Shown in pieces: positions 35,765 to 45,382 of a DNA stretch of 64,000 nucleotides (position 1 is the first letter of the stretch; each line of letters opens with the position of its first letter). The DNA is from Planctomycetota bacterium. Its GTDB lineage: Bacteria; Planctomycetota; MHYJ01; WSZJ01. Below the pieces are notes generated by a model that saw only the letters and a list, made by a program, of their open reading frames with translations, made no database searches and was not told where the DNA came from. The stretch covers positions 240,082-304,081 of the forward strand of contig JBBTCT010000009.1 of NCBI GenBank assembly GCA_038060895.1. Reading direction: 5' to 3'. The translations under genes and the position numbers were made by a program.

Positions 35765-37900
35765 CTACTTAGCGTCGAACGAATGCGCGAAGGGCTTGTA
35801 CTCCGCAACCGTGTCCGCTTCGACCTTCGCCTTTTTCAGCACTTCGATCACGGCACGCTGGGCCTGCGTGTCGGCATTCAGGTCCACCAGGAATTCACGC
35901 TTCCGGTCGTCCGCGACCCGTTTGCGGACGAGCTGCCGCACCAGCTGGGCGATTTCTGCCGCCTCCGCCTTTGATTTCAGCGTCGAGATAAGGCCCGGGA
36001 AGAGCGGGTAGGCACTCGGGTCCGCCACCGTCTCGTCCGCGAGCCTGGTAAACAGGTCCTTGTTCTCGTCGTAGTTCGCGGTGAGGTAGTCCTCCAGCTT
36101 TCCCGAATCCAGAATCTTCGCGAATTCAAATTCCTTCCAGAGATCCCGCTCCGGCAGCTTCACCATGATTTCCGGGATGACTCCGCCCTCGGCCTTCTCA
36201 TCAACCTTGCCGTAACGGTCGCGCTCGATGTGGATCGACCGTCCGCTGGGAAGGTAGTACTTCGCGAACGTGTACTTGAAGGCCGTGTTCTTGTCCGTCT
36301 TCAGCCCCTGGATCCGCTGCACGGAGCCTTTGCCGTAGCTGCGCTCGCCGAGCGTGACGGAGATTTCGAAATCCTGAAGCGCGCCCGACATGATTTCCGC
36401 CGCGCTCGCGCTTCCCTCGTTGATCAGCACCGCAACCGGCAGGTTGAACGAGTCTTCACCCGTGCTCTTGAGCTCGTCGAGGATTTTCCCGTCGCGGTCC
36501 TTCGTCGTGCAGATGACTTTCCCTGCGGGGACAAAGCGGTCCACCATTTTCACGACTTCGCCGAGCAGACCGCCGGGGTTGTTCCGGAGATCGATGATGA
36601 GCGCGATGGCGCCGTCCTTGGTGAGCTGGTCCATCGCCGCGCGCATTTCAGTGTTGGTGTCGCCGCCGAAGGAATTGATCTGGATGAAGCCGACCTTGCC
36701 CGGAAGCATCTCGGAGGGAGCGGTGCGGATCGTGATCTGCTCGCGGCCCAGCGTGAACTCGCGGGGCTCGGCCCATCCGCGGCGGACCACCTTGAAGCGG
36801 ACGTTCGTCCCCGGCTCGCCCTTGAGGCGCGACACGCAGTCTTCCAGCGGCAGCTTGTACGTCGATTTCCCCTCGATCTCGACGATGCGGTCGAGCGAAC
36901 GCAGCCCGGCACGGTAGGCCGGCCCGCTGTACACCGGCCGTTCGATCGTGAGCCAGTCGTCCCGGCCCGAAACGTGGGCTCCGACTCCTCCGTACTTCTT
37001 GTTGATCCCCTCCGTCAGCTCCCTGAGGTCCTTCTCGCTCAGGTACACGCTGTACGGGTCCAGAGTTTCCGCAATCCCGCGAGCAGCGCCCTCGATCAGC
37101 GCCTTCCTGTCCGCCTTCGTCTTGTCGACGTAGCTTCCCTCGATGAGCTTGATCATCTCGTCGAGAAGCGCGTACTCGCCTCCGCCGGCCGCGGGGCCCA
37201 CGACCTTGCGAGCGACGCTGTCAACCAGCTCCTTGTGCTTGATGTGCAGGCGGGCCAGCGCTCCCTTTTCACCCGGCTCCGAGGCCATCTGCTTCAGGAT
37301 CGGAAGAGCTGAATCGAAGTCCTCGAGATCCGCGAGCGCGAGCGCCGCTTCCTTGCGAACCTCCCCATCTTTCGCCTTCAGGAGCTTTTTCAGTTCGTCG
37401 AAGGCGCGGATGCTGTTCGAGATGCGGAAGAGCGCGCGGGAGAGGGCGATGATGAACCGCTGGTCGTCTGCGTTGTCGATCGCTTCGTCGATGACGCTCC
37501 CGATTTCCTTGCGGTCGCCGATGTTCGTGTCGGTGCGCGTCAGGTCGGCGAGGAGATCCGCCGAAGTCCGCCGGACGTCCTTCTCTTTTTCGCCGAGGAG
37601 CGACACGAGCGCCGCCACGGCTTCTTTCTTCTCTCCGCAGCGGTACAGCGCCTTGGCCACGCCCATGCGGACTTTCGCTTCCGGCGCTTTCAACGCCTCG
37701 GTCAACGGACCGACGGCCTCCGGCCCGAGCTGCTCCATCTCAGAAACCAGCCGCCAGAACTCGTGGCCTTTCGCCGACGGCAGCTGGTCCACCCTCGACT
37801 TGACTTCCTCGGCGGTGTCCGCGGAGGCGTTCCCGGCAAAGACGACCAGGAGGGCCGAAAGGGCGACGGACGAGAGCAGACATGCGCGCAACCTGGTCAT
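35765..37900 (-). CDS. ctpA: C-terminal processing protease (S41A, PDZ) with N-terminal HEAT repeats
   Basis: LDPYS, PDZ, IIDLRNNPGG, SASAAEI (catalytic Ser), SYGKGSVQ (Lys); signal peptide and HEAT repeats. Confidence 0.9.
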   Translation of the reverse strand: MTRLRACLLSSVALSALLVVFAGNASADTAEEVKSRVDQLPSAKGHEFWRLVSEMEQLGPEAVGPLTEALKAPEAKVRMGVAKALYRCGEKKEAVAALVSLLGEKEKDVRRTSADLLADLTRTDTNIGDRKEIGSVIDEAIDNADDQRFIIALSRALFRISNSIRAFDELKKLLKAKDGEVRKEAALALADLEDFDSALPILKQMASEPGEKGALARLHIKHKELVDSVARKVVGPAAGGGEYALLDEMIKLIEGSYVDKTKADRKALIEGAARGIAETLDPYSVYLSEKDLRELTEGINKKYGGVGAHVSGRDDWLTIERPVYSGPAYRAGLRSLDRIVEIEGKSTYKLPLEDCVSRLKGEPGTNVRFKVVRRGWAEPREFTLGREQITIRTAPSEMLPGKVGFIQINSFGGDTNTEMRAAMDQLTKDGAIALIIDLRNNPGGLLGEVVKMVDRFVPAGKVICTTKDRDGKILDELKSTGEDSFNLPVAVLINEGSASAAEIMSGALQDFEISVTLGERSYGKGSVQRIQGLKTDKNTAFKYTFAKYYLPSGRSIHIERDRYGKVDEKAEGGVIPEIMVKLPERDLWKEFEFAKILDSGKLEDYLTANYDENKDLFTRLADETVADPSAYPLFPGLISTLKSKAEAAEIAQLVRQLVRKRVADDRKREFLVDLNADTQAQRAVIEVLKKAKVEADTVAEYKPFAHSFDAK

Positions 37901-38094
37901 GAGATCTCCTGAAGTCCCCCGGGGTGTCTGAAGGCGGGAAAGGCGTCGTTCGCCGGGAAAGTATACGGGAAGAAGGGCGGTGCCGTGAGGTTCGGAGGGT
38001 GGCCCTATTCGACGGGGAAGGCCCTTTTGACGCCGCGGACGTCCCGTTGGTTCCCCGGCTTGTCGGGGCGTCGCGCCGCGGCTACCTTGGACGC

Positions 38095-38958
38095 GTGCGC
38101 AAGATCCTCGTCCTGCTGGAGATGATCAAGATCCAGCACTCGCTGTTCGCGCTGCCGTTCGCGGCGGCGGCGGCGATCGTCGCGGCGGAAGGGAAGTGGC
38201 TGCCGCGGGAGTACGGGCTGATCCTGGCGGCGATGGTGACGGCGCGGGCGGCGGCGATGGCGTTCAACCGCTGGGCGGATGCCGGGATCGACGCGGAGAA
38301 TCCGCGGACGGTGGGGCGGGCGATCCCGAAAGGAGACGTCTCGCGCGGGGGGGCGATGCTCTTTACGGTCGTCTGTTCCGCCGCGTTCATCGGGTCCGCG
38401 GCGCTGCTGAACCGGCTGACGCTGATGCTCTCGCCGGTCGCGCTCGTCATCATCCTGTTCTACAGCTTCACGAAACGATTCACGGCCCTGTGCCACTTCT
38501 TCCTCGGACTCTCCCTCGCCATCGCCCCGGTCGGCGCGTGGCTGGCGATCCGGCCCGGGTGGGATCCGCTTCCGTGGCTTCTCGGAGCGGGCGTGCTGCT
38601 CTGGACTTCCGGTTTCGACATTCTGTACGCGTGCATGGATGTGGAGTTCGACAGGCGGAAGGGACTCCATTCCGTTCCCGTGGCGCTCGGGGTGCCGGGG
38701 GCGCTCCGTGTTGCGGCGGTGCTGCACGCGCTGACTCTCGTTGCGTTTGCGGCGCCGATTTTCGTGTGCGGTTTCGGCGCCTGGTATGGCGTGGGTCTGG
38801 GCGCGATCGCCCTGCTTCTCGCGTACGAGCACCTCATCGTGCGCCCCGACGACCTCGCCCGCGTGAATCGGGCGTTCTTCCACGTCAATGCGGTGGTCAG
38901 CTTCGGGATGATGGCGGCGGTGCTGGCGGACTACTTCGTCCGCGGCTCGCGCCTGTAG
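38095..38958 (+). CDS. UbiA-family prenyltransferase (MqnP-like)
   Basis: MIKIQHSLFALPF, NRWADAGIDAENPRT, YSFTKRF, FDILYACMD, VNRAFFHVN. Confidence 0.88.
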   Translation: MRKILVLLEMIKIQHSLFALPFAAAAAIVAAEGKWLPREYGLILAAMVTARAAAMAFNRWADAGIDAENPRTVGRAIPKGDVSRGGAMLFTVVCSAAFIGSAALLNRLTLMLSPVALVIILFYSFTKRFTALCHFFLGLSLAIAPVGAWLAIRPGWDPLPWLLGAGVLLWTSGFDILYACMDVEFDRRKGLHSVPVALGVPGALRVAAVLHALTLVAFAAPIFVCGFGAWYGVGLGAIALLLAYEHLIVRPDDLARVNRAFFHVNAVVSFGMMAAVLADYFVRGSRL

Positions 38959-39143
38959 ACGATCTTGACGACCTTTCCGTCGGCGTCGAGCAGGGCCATT
39001 TCGAGGTCGGGGATGCGGGAGTACTGGGTGCGGAGGAAGGCGGCGACCTTGCCCTTGATGAGCTGCGTCGAACAGTCGAGGGCTTCCGCGAGGTCGAAGA
39101 ACCAGGTGCGGTGAAGGATGTGGGACGTGAGGCGGATGCGCAT
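38931..39143 (-). CDS. Small hypothetical protein (70 aa)
   Basis: GGGGGA upstream of ATG; plausible protein-like sequence. Confidence 0.5.
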   Translation of the reverse strand: MRIRLTSHILHRTWFFDLAEALDCSTQLIKGKVAAFLRTQYSRIPDLEMALLDADGKVVKIVYRREPRTK

Positions 39144-39297
39144 GTCGTTCCCCCCGAGGCGTGAGCCGGAGCGTACCATATGATTTGAAAGCATTTCAAG
39201 CGCTTAATGATATTGCTGCATTTGAGCGATTCGGTCGGAGCGGCGCGGTCCCCGGCCGCCTGTTCCCAACGGGCAGGACAGGGCTTACCCTTCGCCC

Positions 39298-41772
39298 ATG
39301 CCCGGCCTTTCCAAGCCCGAACTTCTCTCGCCCGCCGGCGACTTCGACTGCCTCAAGGCCGCCGTCGAAAACGGCGCCGACGCCGTCTACTTCGGCCTCG
39401 CCAGGTTCAGCGCCCGCGCCCGGGCCCACAACTTCGCCGTCGAGGACCTCCCCGGCACCATTCGCTTCCTCCACGAACGCGGCGTCCGCGGTTACGTCGC
39501 TTTCAACACGCTCATTTTCAGCGGCGAGTTGCCGGAGGCCGAGGAGATGCTCCGGGCGATCGCAGCCGCAGGCGCCGACGCCGTCATCGTGCAGGACATC
39601 GGGGTCGCGCGACTCGCGCGCGAGATTTCACCCACGCTCGAGATCCACGCCTCGACCCAGATGACCGTGACGTCCGCCGAGTCGCTCCGCTTCGCCCAGT
39701 CCGCCGGCGCCAGCCGCGCCATCCTCGCCCGCGAACTGTCCGTGGACGACATCGCGAAGATCCGCGCTTCCTGCGACCTCCCCGTCGAGGTCTTCGTGCA
39801 CGGCGCCCTCTGCGTCGCCTACTCCGGGCAGTGCCTCACCAGCGAGGCCCTCGGCGGCCGCTCCGCCAACCGCGGCGCCTGCGCCCAGGCGTGCCGCCTC
39901 CCGTACGACCTCGTCGTGGACGGGGAAGTCCACGGCGGCGACGACGTGAAGTACCTCATTTCGCCGCAGGATCTGGCCGCCTACGAGGTCCTTCCGCGCC
40001 TCGTCGAAATCGGCGTCGCCTCACTCAAGATCGAAGGCCGCCTCAAGACCCCCGAATACGTCGCCAACGTCACCCGTTTCTACCGCGAACAGATCGACAA
40101 GGTCTGCGCCGGCCTTCCGGCGACGCCGTCACGCGAGCGCGTGCGCGAGCTCGAGCTGTCGTTCTCGCGCGGATTCTCAAACGGATTCCTGGCCGGCACC
40201 AATCACCAGGAACTGGTCCGGGGGCGTTCGCCGAAGAAGCGCGGGATTTTTCTGGGGACGGTGGAAGCGGTCTCGCGGGGGCGAGTGAAGCTGCTGACGG
40301 CCGCACCGGTGAAGCCCGGCGACGGCATCGTTTTCGACCAGGGGCATCCGGAGCAAGAGGAGACGGGCGGCCGGGTGTACGAGGTCTTTGTCGAGGGGCG
40401 CAAGGCCGGTGAAGTCCAGGGCGGGCGTCTCGAGTTGGCGTTTGCGCGCGGGCTCGACCTCTCGCCGGTGAGGACGGGGGACCGCGTCTGGAAAACGGAT
40501 GATCCGGCGTTGGCGAAGAAGTGGGCGGAGACGTGGCAGGGGGAGGCTCCGAAGCGGCACTCGCCGGTCGATATTTTTATTTCGGGGCGGACAGGCGAGC
40601 CGCTTGCGACTGTGATGAGAGACGAGGCCGGACACGAAGCTTCGGCCCGCACCCCGTGCCCCCTGGAACCCGCGCTGAAGCGCCCGCTGGACGAGGCCAC
40701 GCTCAGGGCGCAGCTGGGGCGCCTCGGTGGGACTTCGTTCGAATTGAGATCGATTGAGAACCGCCTCGAAGGCCCGGTCATCGTCCCGCTCTCCGCGCTC
40801 AATGCACTCCGCCGCGACCTGGTCGAGCGGCTGGAGGCGCTTCGGAGGGACTCGGTTCGCCACACGCTCGCCGCCGCGCCGGTTCTGCCGCGTCTGCGCG
40901 CCTCGATCCCGCGAGAGGGGGGAACCGGCGCCCTCGAACTCTCCACACTCGCGAGGACGCAGGAACAGTCCGCCGCCCTTGCTCCCCTGGGGGGCCGGCT
41001 CACGCTGGACTACGAAGACCCTGCGAAATACCTGGAGGCGGTCCCGCGCCTCCGCGTCGCCGGCGCTTCTATCTGGCTCGCGACACCGCGCATCCAGAAA
41101 CCGGGAGAGGAGATCCGCGTCTTCGGCAACATCCTGAAAGCGGCGCCGGACGGAGTGCTTGCGCGCAATCCGGGAGCGATCGACTGGTTCCAGAAGCAGG
41201 CGCCCGGCCTGCCGCTCGCGGCCGACTTTTCGCTTAACTGCGCGAATGAGCTGACGGCGGACGCGCTCATGAAACTTGGCCTCGAGTTCCTCACCCCCGC
41301 CTATGACTGCGACTTCACCCAGCTCTCCGACCTGGCCCGGGCCGTCCCGCCCCGGTGGCTCGAGGCGGTGATCCACCAGCACATGCCGATGTTCCACAAC
41401 GAGCACTGCGTCTTCGCCGCCCGCCTTTCGAACGGCCGCGACTGGACCGAATGCGGCCGCCCGTGCGATACGCACAAGGTCGCGCTTCGCGATCGCGTCG
41501 GATACGAACACCCCGTCAAGGCCGACGTCGGCTGCCGCAACACGGTCTTCAACGCCGTTCCCCAGTCGGCGGGCGAATTCCTCGCGGACATGCGGCAGCT
41601 CGGGTTTTCGAAATTCCGGGTCGAGTTCCTGGAGGAAGGCGCCATGGAAGCGCTCTCGATCCGGGCAGCGTATCTCGAAGCGCTCGAAGGCCGCGCCGAC
41701 GGCGCCGCGCTCTGGCGCCGTTTCAATTCTTCGCGTCACTTCGGCGTGACGCGCGGCCCGCTGGGGATGTAG
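39298..41772 (+). CDS. Peptidase U32 / DUF3656 protein (RlhA-like Fe-S RNA hydroxylase)
   Basis: PELLSPAG, GADAVYFG, HASTQ, HGALCVAYSGQC...NRGACAQACR, SLKIEGRLK; second U32-like domain. Confidence 0.9.
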   Translation: MPGLSKPELLSPAGDFDCLKAAVENGADAVYFGLARFSARARAHNFAVEDLPGTIRFLHERGVRGYVAFNTLIFSGELPEAEEMLRAIAAAGADAVIVQDIGVARLAREISPTLEIHASTQMTVTSAESLRFAQSAGASRAILARELSVDDIAKIRASCDLPVEVFVHGALCVAYSGQCLTSEALGGRSANRGACAQACRLPYDLVVDGEVHGGDDVKYLISPQDLAAYEVLPRLVEIGVASLKIEGRLKTPEYVANVTRFYREQIDKVCAGLPATPSRERVRELELSFSRGFSNGFLAGTNHQELVRGRSPKKRGIFLGTVEAVSRGRVKLLTAAPVKPGDGIVFDQGHPEQEETGGRVYEVFVEGRKAGEVQGGRLELAFARGLDLSPVRTGDRVWKTDDPALAKKWAETWQGEAPKRHSPVDIFISGRTGEPLATVMRDEAGHEASARTPCPLEPALKRPLDEATLRAQLGRLGGTSFELRSIENRLEGPVIVPLSALNALRRDLVERLEALRRDSVRHTLAAAPVLPRLRASIPREGGTGALELSTLARTQEQSAALAPLGGRLTLDYEDPAKYLEAVPRLRVAGASIWLATPRIQKPGEEIRVFGNILKAAPDGVLARNPGAIDWFQKQAPGLPLAADFSLNCANELTADALMKLGLEFLTPAYDCDFTQLSDLARAVPPRWLEAVIHQHMPMFHNEHCVFAARLSNGRDWTECGRPCDTHKVALRDRVGYEHPVKADVGCRNTVFNAVPQSAGEFLADMRQLGFSKFRVEFLEEGAMEALSIRAAYLEALEGRADGAALWRRFNSSRHFGVTRGPLGM

Positions 41773-41775
41773 GCG

Positions 41776-41806
41776 AAAAAAAAACCGCGGGGCTCGGGCC
41801 CCGCGG
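41776..41806 (-). terminator. Rho-independent terminator (minus strand)
   Basis: A9 followed by ccgcggggc-tcgg-gccccgcgg. Confidence 0.75.
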
Positions 41807-41829
41807 CTGTTGTTCCGGACGTTTGACGA

Positions 41830-43620
41830 CTACTTCTTCGCCGGCTCTTCCTCGGACTGGTAGACCTGGACCTGGACCTTGTGGACCGTGAGTTTCGCGC
41901 CTCCTGCGACACGGAACGAGAACCCGCCCTGCTTCGATCCCGACGGTGCGCAGCGTCCCGGATTCCCCGTGAATTTCATTTCCTTCCCGATGCGGAACTT
42001 GCCGCCGAAGACCATGAAGTCCACCGTGATCTTCTCGCCCGGCTTGATCGCGCCGTTCGACATCATCAGCTTGATGTCGTGCTGCACCGCGGGCGTCGCC
42101 CCCTCGCCCTGGGCTTGCCGCTGGAAAATCACGAACCCCTCTTCCCCGGCGGTGAATTCGAGCCTGAGCGTGAAATCCTGCCACGAAACCGGCTTGTTGA
42201 GCAGCAGGAACTCCACCTCCGCCGTGTTGTTCTGGACGTTCAGCCCGTCCGCTCCCACAGCGACCGTCAGGCCGAACTCCTTGAAGTCCGTAAACGCGAT
42301 GTCCTCCCAGGCGAACTTGGCCAGATACACCGGGTCGTCGTATCGCTTTGCAACCGCGTCCTCGGCGTCCTTCTGAAGCGTCCCCGCGTCCTGGGCGGAG
42401 AACACCTCGGGCGGAAGCGCGGCGGAAATCGTCGACGCAATGACGTAACAACCGGCAATCAGGATCCAGTCCTGGGGCGTCGCGGCCTTCGCCGTCTCCC
42501 CCGCGGCTTTCGCCGCTTTCAGGACCGTCAGCAAACGGTCCTGGTATTCCTTCTGCTCGTCCAGAACCCATTCGACCGACTTGACGAGTGACATTGCCTT
42601 CTTCGCCCTCCGGAGGCCCTCGTCCGTCCCTTCCACCGTCGCCAGGGCGCCAGCGATCCCGCTCAATTCCTCAAGGGCCATCTTCTTCAGTTTGTGGTGC
42701 TCTTTCCGGCGATTGACGAGCTTCGTGAACTCTTCCAGGTCCGCCTGGAACTTCGGATCCTTGGCGGCGACTTCCTCGAATTTTTTGAGAGCTTCGTCAA
42801 TGGCCTCGAAATCCTTCGGCTTCTCACGAAGCAACCGGTCCAGCTCCTTCTGCCGCTGCTTGCAGATCTCCGCGTTCTCCTTGTAGGCCTTGTTTTCCCT
42901 GCCGCGCTTGATGATCACGGTGAAGAACAGGCCTCCGGCGATGGCGAAAAAGATCCCGCCCACGACGGCCCACATCATCAACGTCGATTTCGACATCGGC
43001 GCCACGCCGGCGCTTCCGTCCTTGAATCCAATCTTCTTGCGCAGCGATCCGCTCGCGCCGGCCTCGTCTTCGGGTGGAGGCGCGGACTTCCGGATTCTGC
43101 TGGAAGCGGGCCCACCTCCGGGCTTGCCGTGGCGGCCGGACGCGGGGCCCCCGCGTGCGGGGGTGCGCCCGGGGGGCGGAGCTTCATCTTCCGCCGAGTC
43201 CTCGTCCAGAAGCGGCTGCTGTGGGGGCGGGACGGCGACTTTGCGGGACGCGGGCGCCGGAACAGGCTTCATCTTCGTTGAACTCGGAGGCGGGGCAGAC
43301 TTCAGGCCCGGGACGGCGCCGCTCGCGGGCGAGCGCTGCGCGACCGCGGCCGGGGCCCGATGCGCGCCGCTGCTCGGGGGAGCCTTCAGGACACCGCTGG
43401 CCGGCGCCCGATGCGCCCCGCTGGCTGGCGCGGGCTTCAGCGCGACAGCGGAACCACGCGATGAAGCGGGTGCTCCCGATCCTGCGGGAGATCCCGCCTT
43501 CGCGGCTCGCGCGTCGGCCACGCAGGTCGGGCAGTACCAGAACTCGCCGCGCTGAAGCGCGCGGCCCTTCTGAACGTCGGCCGGCGAGATCTCGGCTCCG
43601 CAGCGACGGCACTCGGACAT
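41830..43620 (-). CDS. Single-pass membrane protein with N-terminal Zn finger and disordered linker
   Basis: CRRC...CPTC, Pro/Ala/Ser-rich linker, TM (MMWAVVGGIFFAIAGGLFFTVII), helical then beta-rich C-terminal domain. Confidence 0.75.
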   Translation of the reverse strand: MSECRRCGAEISPADVQKGRALQRGEFWYCPTCVADARAAKAGSPAGSGAPASSRGSAVALKPAPASGAHRAPASGVLKAPPSSGAHRAPAAVAQRSPASGAVPGLKSAPPPSSTKMKPVPAPASRKVAVPPPQQPLLDEDSAEDEAPPPGRTPARGGPASGRHGKPGGGPASSRIRKSAPPPEDEAGASGSLRKKIGFKDGSAGVAPMSKSTLMMWAVVGGIFFAIAGGLFFTVIIKRGRENKAYKENAEICKQRQKELDRLLREKPKDFEAIDEALKKFEEVAAKDPKFQADLEEFTKLVNRRKEHHKLKKMALEELSGIAGALATVEGTDEGLRRAKKAMSLVKSVEWVLDEQKEYQDRLLTVLKAAKAAGETAKAATPQDWILIAGCYVIASTISAALPPEVFSAQDAGTLQKDAEDAVAKRYDDPVYLAKFAWEDIAFTDFKEFGLTVAVGADGLNVQNNTAEVEFLLLNKPVSWQDFTLRLEFTAGEEGFVIFQRQAQGEGATPAVQHDIKLMMSNGAIKPGEKITVDFMVFGGKFRIGKEMKFTGNPGRCAPSGSKQGGFSFRVAGGAKLTVHKVQVQVYQSEEEPAKK

Positions 43621-43751
43621 GTTGAAGCTCCTGGAGGCCGGGGAGGATGGACTCATCCACGCGACGACCCCCGGGACGGCGCGCGACAGCCCATTATATG
43701 ACCGTGTTGAGGCGGAATCTGCAACGAATGCGTATGTCTGCCTGTGCGATG

Positions 43752-44582
43752 TCAGTAGGCAGTTGTTGCGTCCAGCAGGCCTTTCCATTTCGCTTTCCGC
43801 TCGCCGACGGCCCATCCGTAGAAACCCATCGCGATGCTCAGCGCGCAGAAAGCACCCAGGATGCCGAGGATCAGCGCGGTCGAGTAGCCGGAGAGCACGC
43901 TTCCGAATTTCAGCCCGAGAGAACGGCGGACCAGTTCCAGCCACCAGGTCACGGGACTGGCGTAGGTGACAGGGCGCATCCAGAGAGGGAGGATGTCCAC
44001 AGGGAAGATCGCCGCGGAGCAGAGCAGGAAGACGCCGCCGATGGACTCGGTCATGAAGTGTCCGTGGCGGGCAAAATGGAGCGAGGCTCCGGCGAGGGCG
44101 AGGCCGAGGAACAGGAGGAGCGTGACACCCAGGACGAGCGTGGCGGTGAGAAGGAGCGGGTGGAATTCGGGCGGGCGGAGGCCGAGAACGAAGGCGCCGA
44201 AGGCCGCGAGCGCGACGGCGCCGAAGAGCGACTGGGCGGCGCGTGCGAGCGCGTGGCCGGAGAGGTAGGGAATGGCGCTTCCCGGCGCGAGGTAGACGTA
44301 CTTGAGCATCTGGTACCGCTCGCGGTCCTCCAGGATCGCCCAGGAAGTTCCGCCGAGGACGGCGGGGACGATCTGGAATGCCGCGAGCGAGTACCAGGCA
44401 GGGAGCAGGTACCCGGGAGGGCGGCCTGCGACGGTTGCCATGAGCCAGATGAGCATGGCGCCGGCCAGGGGGCGGGTGAGGGAGTAGGCGAGGTAGACGG
44501 GAGGACTCGTCCAGTTCGCCTCCTTTTTCCAGGCCAGCGAATATCCGGTTGAGATTTTTTTCAGCGTGGTGGCTATTGCCAT
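43752..44582 (-). CDS. ABC-2 type permease
   Basis: Six-TM pattern, EDRE, IFPVDILP, SPVTWWLELVR. Confidence 0.85.
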   Translation of the reverse strand: MAIATTLKKISTGYSLAWKKEANWTSPPVYLAYSLTRPLAGAMLIWLMATVAGRPPGYLLPAWYSLAAFQIVPAVLGGTSWAILEDRERYQMLKYVYLAPGSAIPYLSGHALARAAQSLFGAVALAAFGAFVLGLRPPEFHPLLLTATLVLGVTLLLFLGLALAGASLHFARHGHFMTESIGGVFLLCSAAIFPVDILPLWMRPVTYASPVTWWLELVRRSLGLKFGSVLSGYSTALILGILGAFCALSIAMGFYGWAVGERKAKWKGLLDATTAY

Positions 44583-45382
44583 TTCAGGGTCAGCTTTCCG
44601 TCGCGCTTGGCGCGGTCCTCCATCAGGCGGAGCATGCGTCTCGCAAGCAGGAAAAACAGCACGGCGAGGGCGGCCAGGGCGCCCGCTTCGACACCGACCG
44701 GGAGGAAGCCCGCCTTCGAGCCGAGCGCGGTCTGGCGGATGGCGTCCATGCCCAGGGCGAGCGGGAACGCCGACGCGATGGCGGCGACGGTGAACCCGAG
44801 ATTGGCGATGGGGAAGTAGAAGCCGGAGAGAAGGTAGACGGGTTCCTGGGCGACCTCGACCCAGCGCTGGGCGCCGCGGCCGAAGAGCAGAAAGAGGGAG
44901 GCGAGCATCATGCCCAGGCCGTAGAGCGCGGTCATGGAGAGGAGGAAGATTCCGAAAGCGGCGGCGAGTCCGCCGATTTCGAAATGAACGCGGAAGACCG
45001 CGATGCCGAGGATGAGGATGACGATGGAGCGCATGGCGGTGCCCATCATCCCGCCGACGGCCATCCCGAGGAGGATCGACATGCGGGAGATCGGGGCCAT
45101 CATGTAGATGTCGAGGTTGCCCATGTCCTTTTCCCAGAAGAACTGGGCGGCCATCCCCCACAGGACGTTGAGCCAGAACGCGGTCATCACGCCGCCGAGG
45201 ATCACGTACGACTCGTATTCCGGGGGAGCGCCGAGCGCGCGGTAAACGAGCACGTACCCGGCCGTCGTCATCGCAGGCAGTAATGTCTCAAAGAAGACCC
45301 ACGACAATTCGCGGTTCGCAGCGACGACGCGGATCCAGGCGCGGGCGCTCGCCGCCCGCAGGTTGTTCGCCAGCGAACTCAC
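44573..45382 (-). CDS. ABC-2 type permease
   Basis: WEKDMGNL, LSGFYFP, PLALGMDAIR; GTG start overlaps the ATPase stop. Confidence 0.85.
   Translation of the reverse strand: MSSLANNLRAASARAWIRVVAANRELSWVFFETLLPAMTTAGYVLVYRALGAPPEYESYVILGGVMTAFWLNVLWGMAAQFFWEKDMGNLDIYMMAPISRMSILLGMAVGGMMGTAMRSIVILILGIAVFRVHFEIGGLAAAFGIFLLSMTALYGLGMMLASLFLLFGRGAQRWVEVAQEPVYLLSGFYFPIANLGFTVAAIASAFPLALGMDAIRQTALGSKAGFLPVGVEAGALAALAVLFFLLARRMLRLMEDRAKRDGKLTLKWQ

Noticed and set aside
38095-41772. U32 protein as UbiU/UbiV linked to the UbiA gene
   Set aside because: Its 824-aa length and two-domain DUF3656 architecture fit RlhA, and an intervening gene separates the two.
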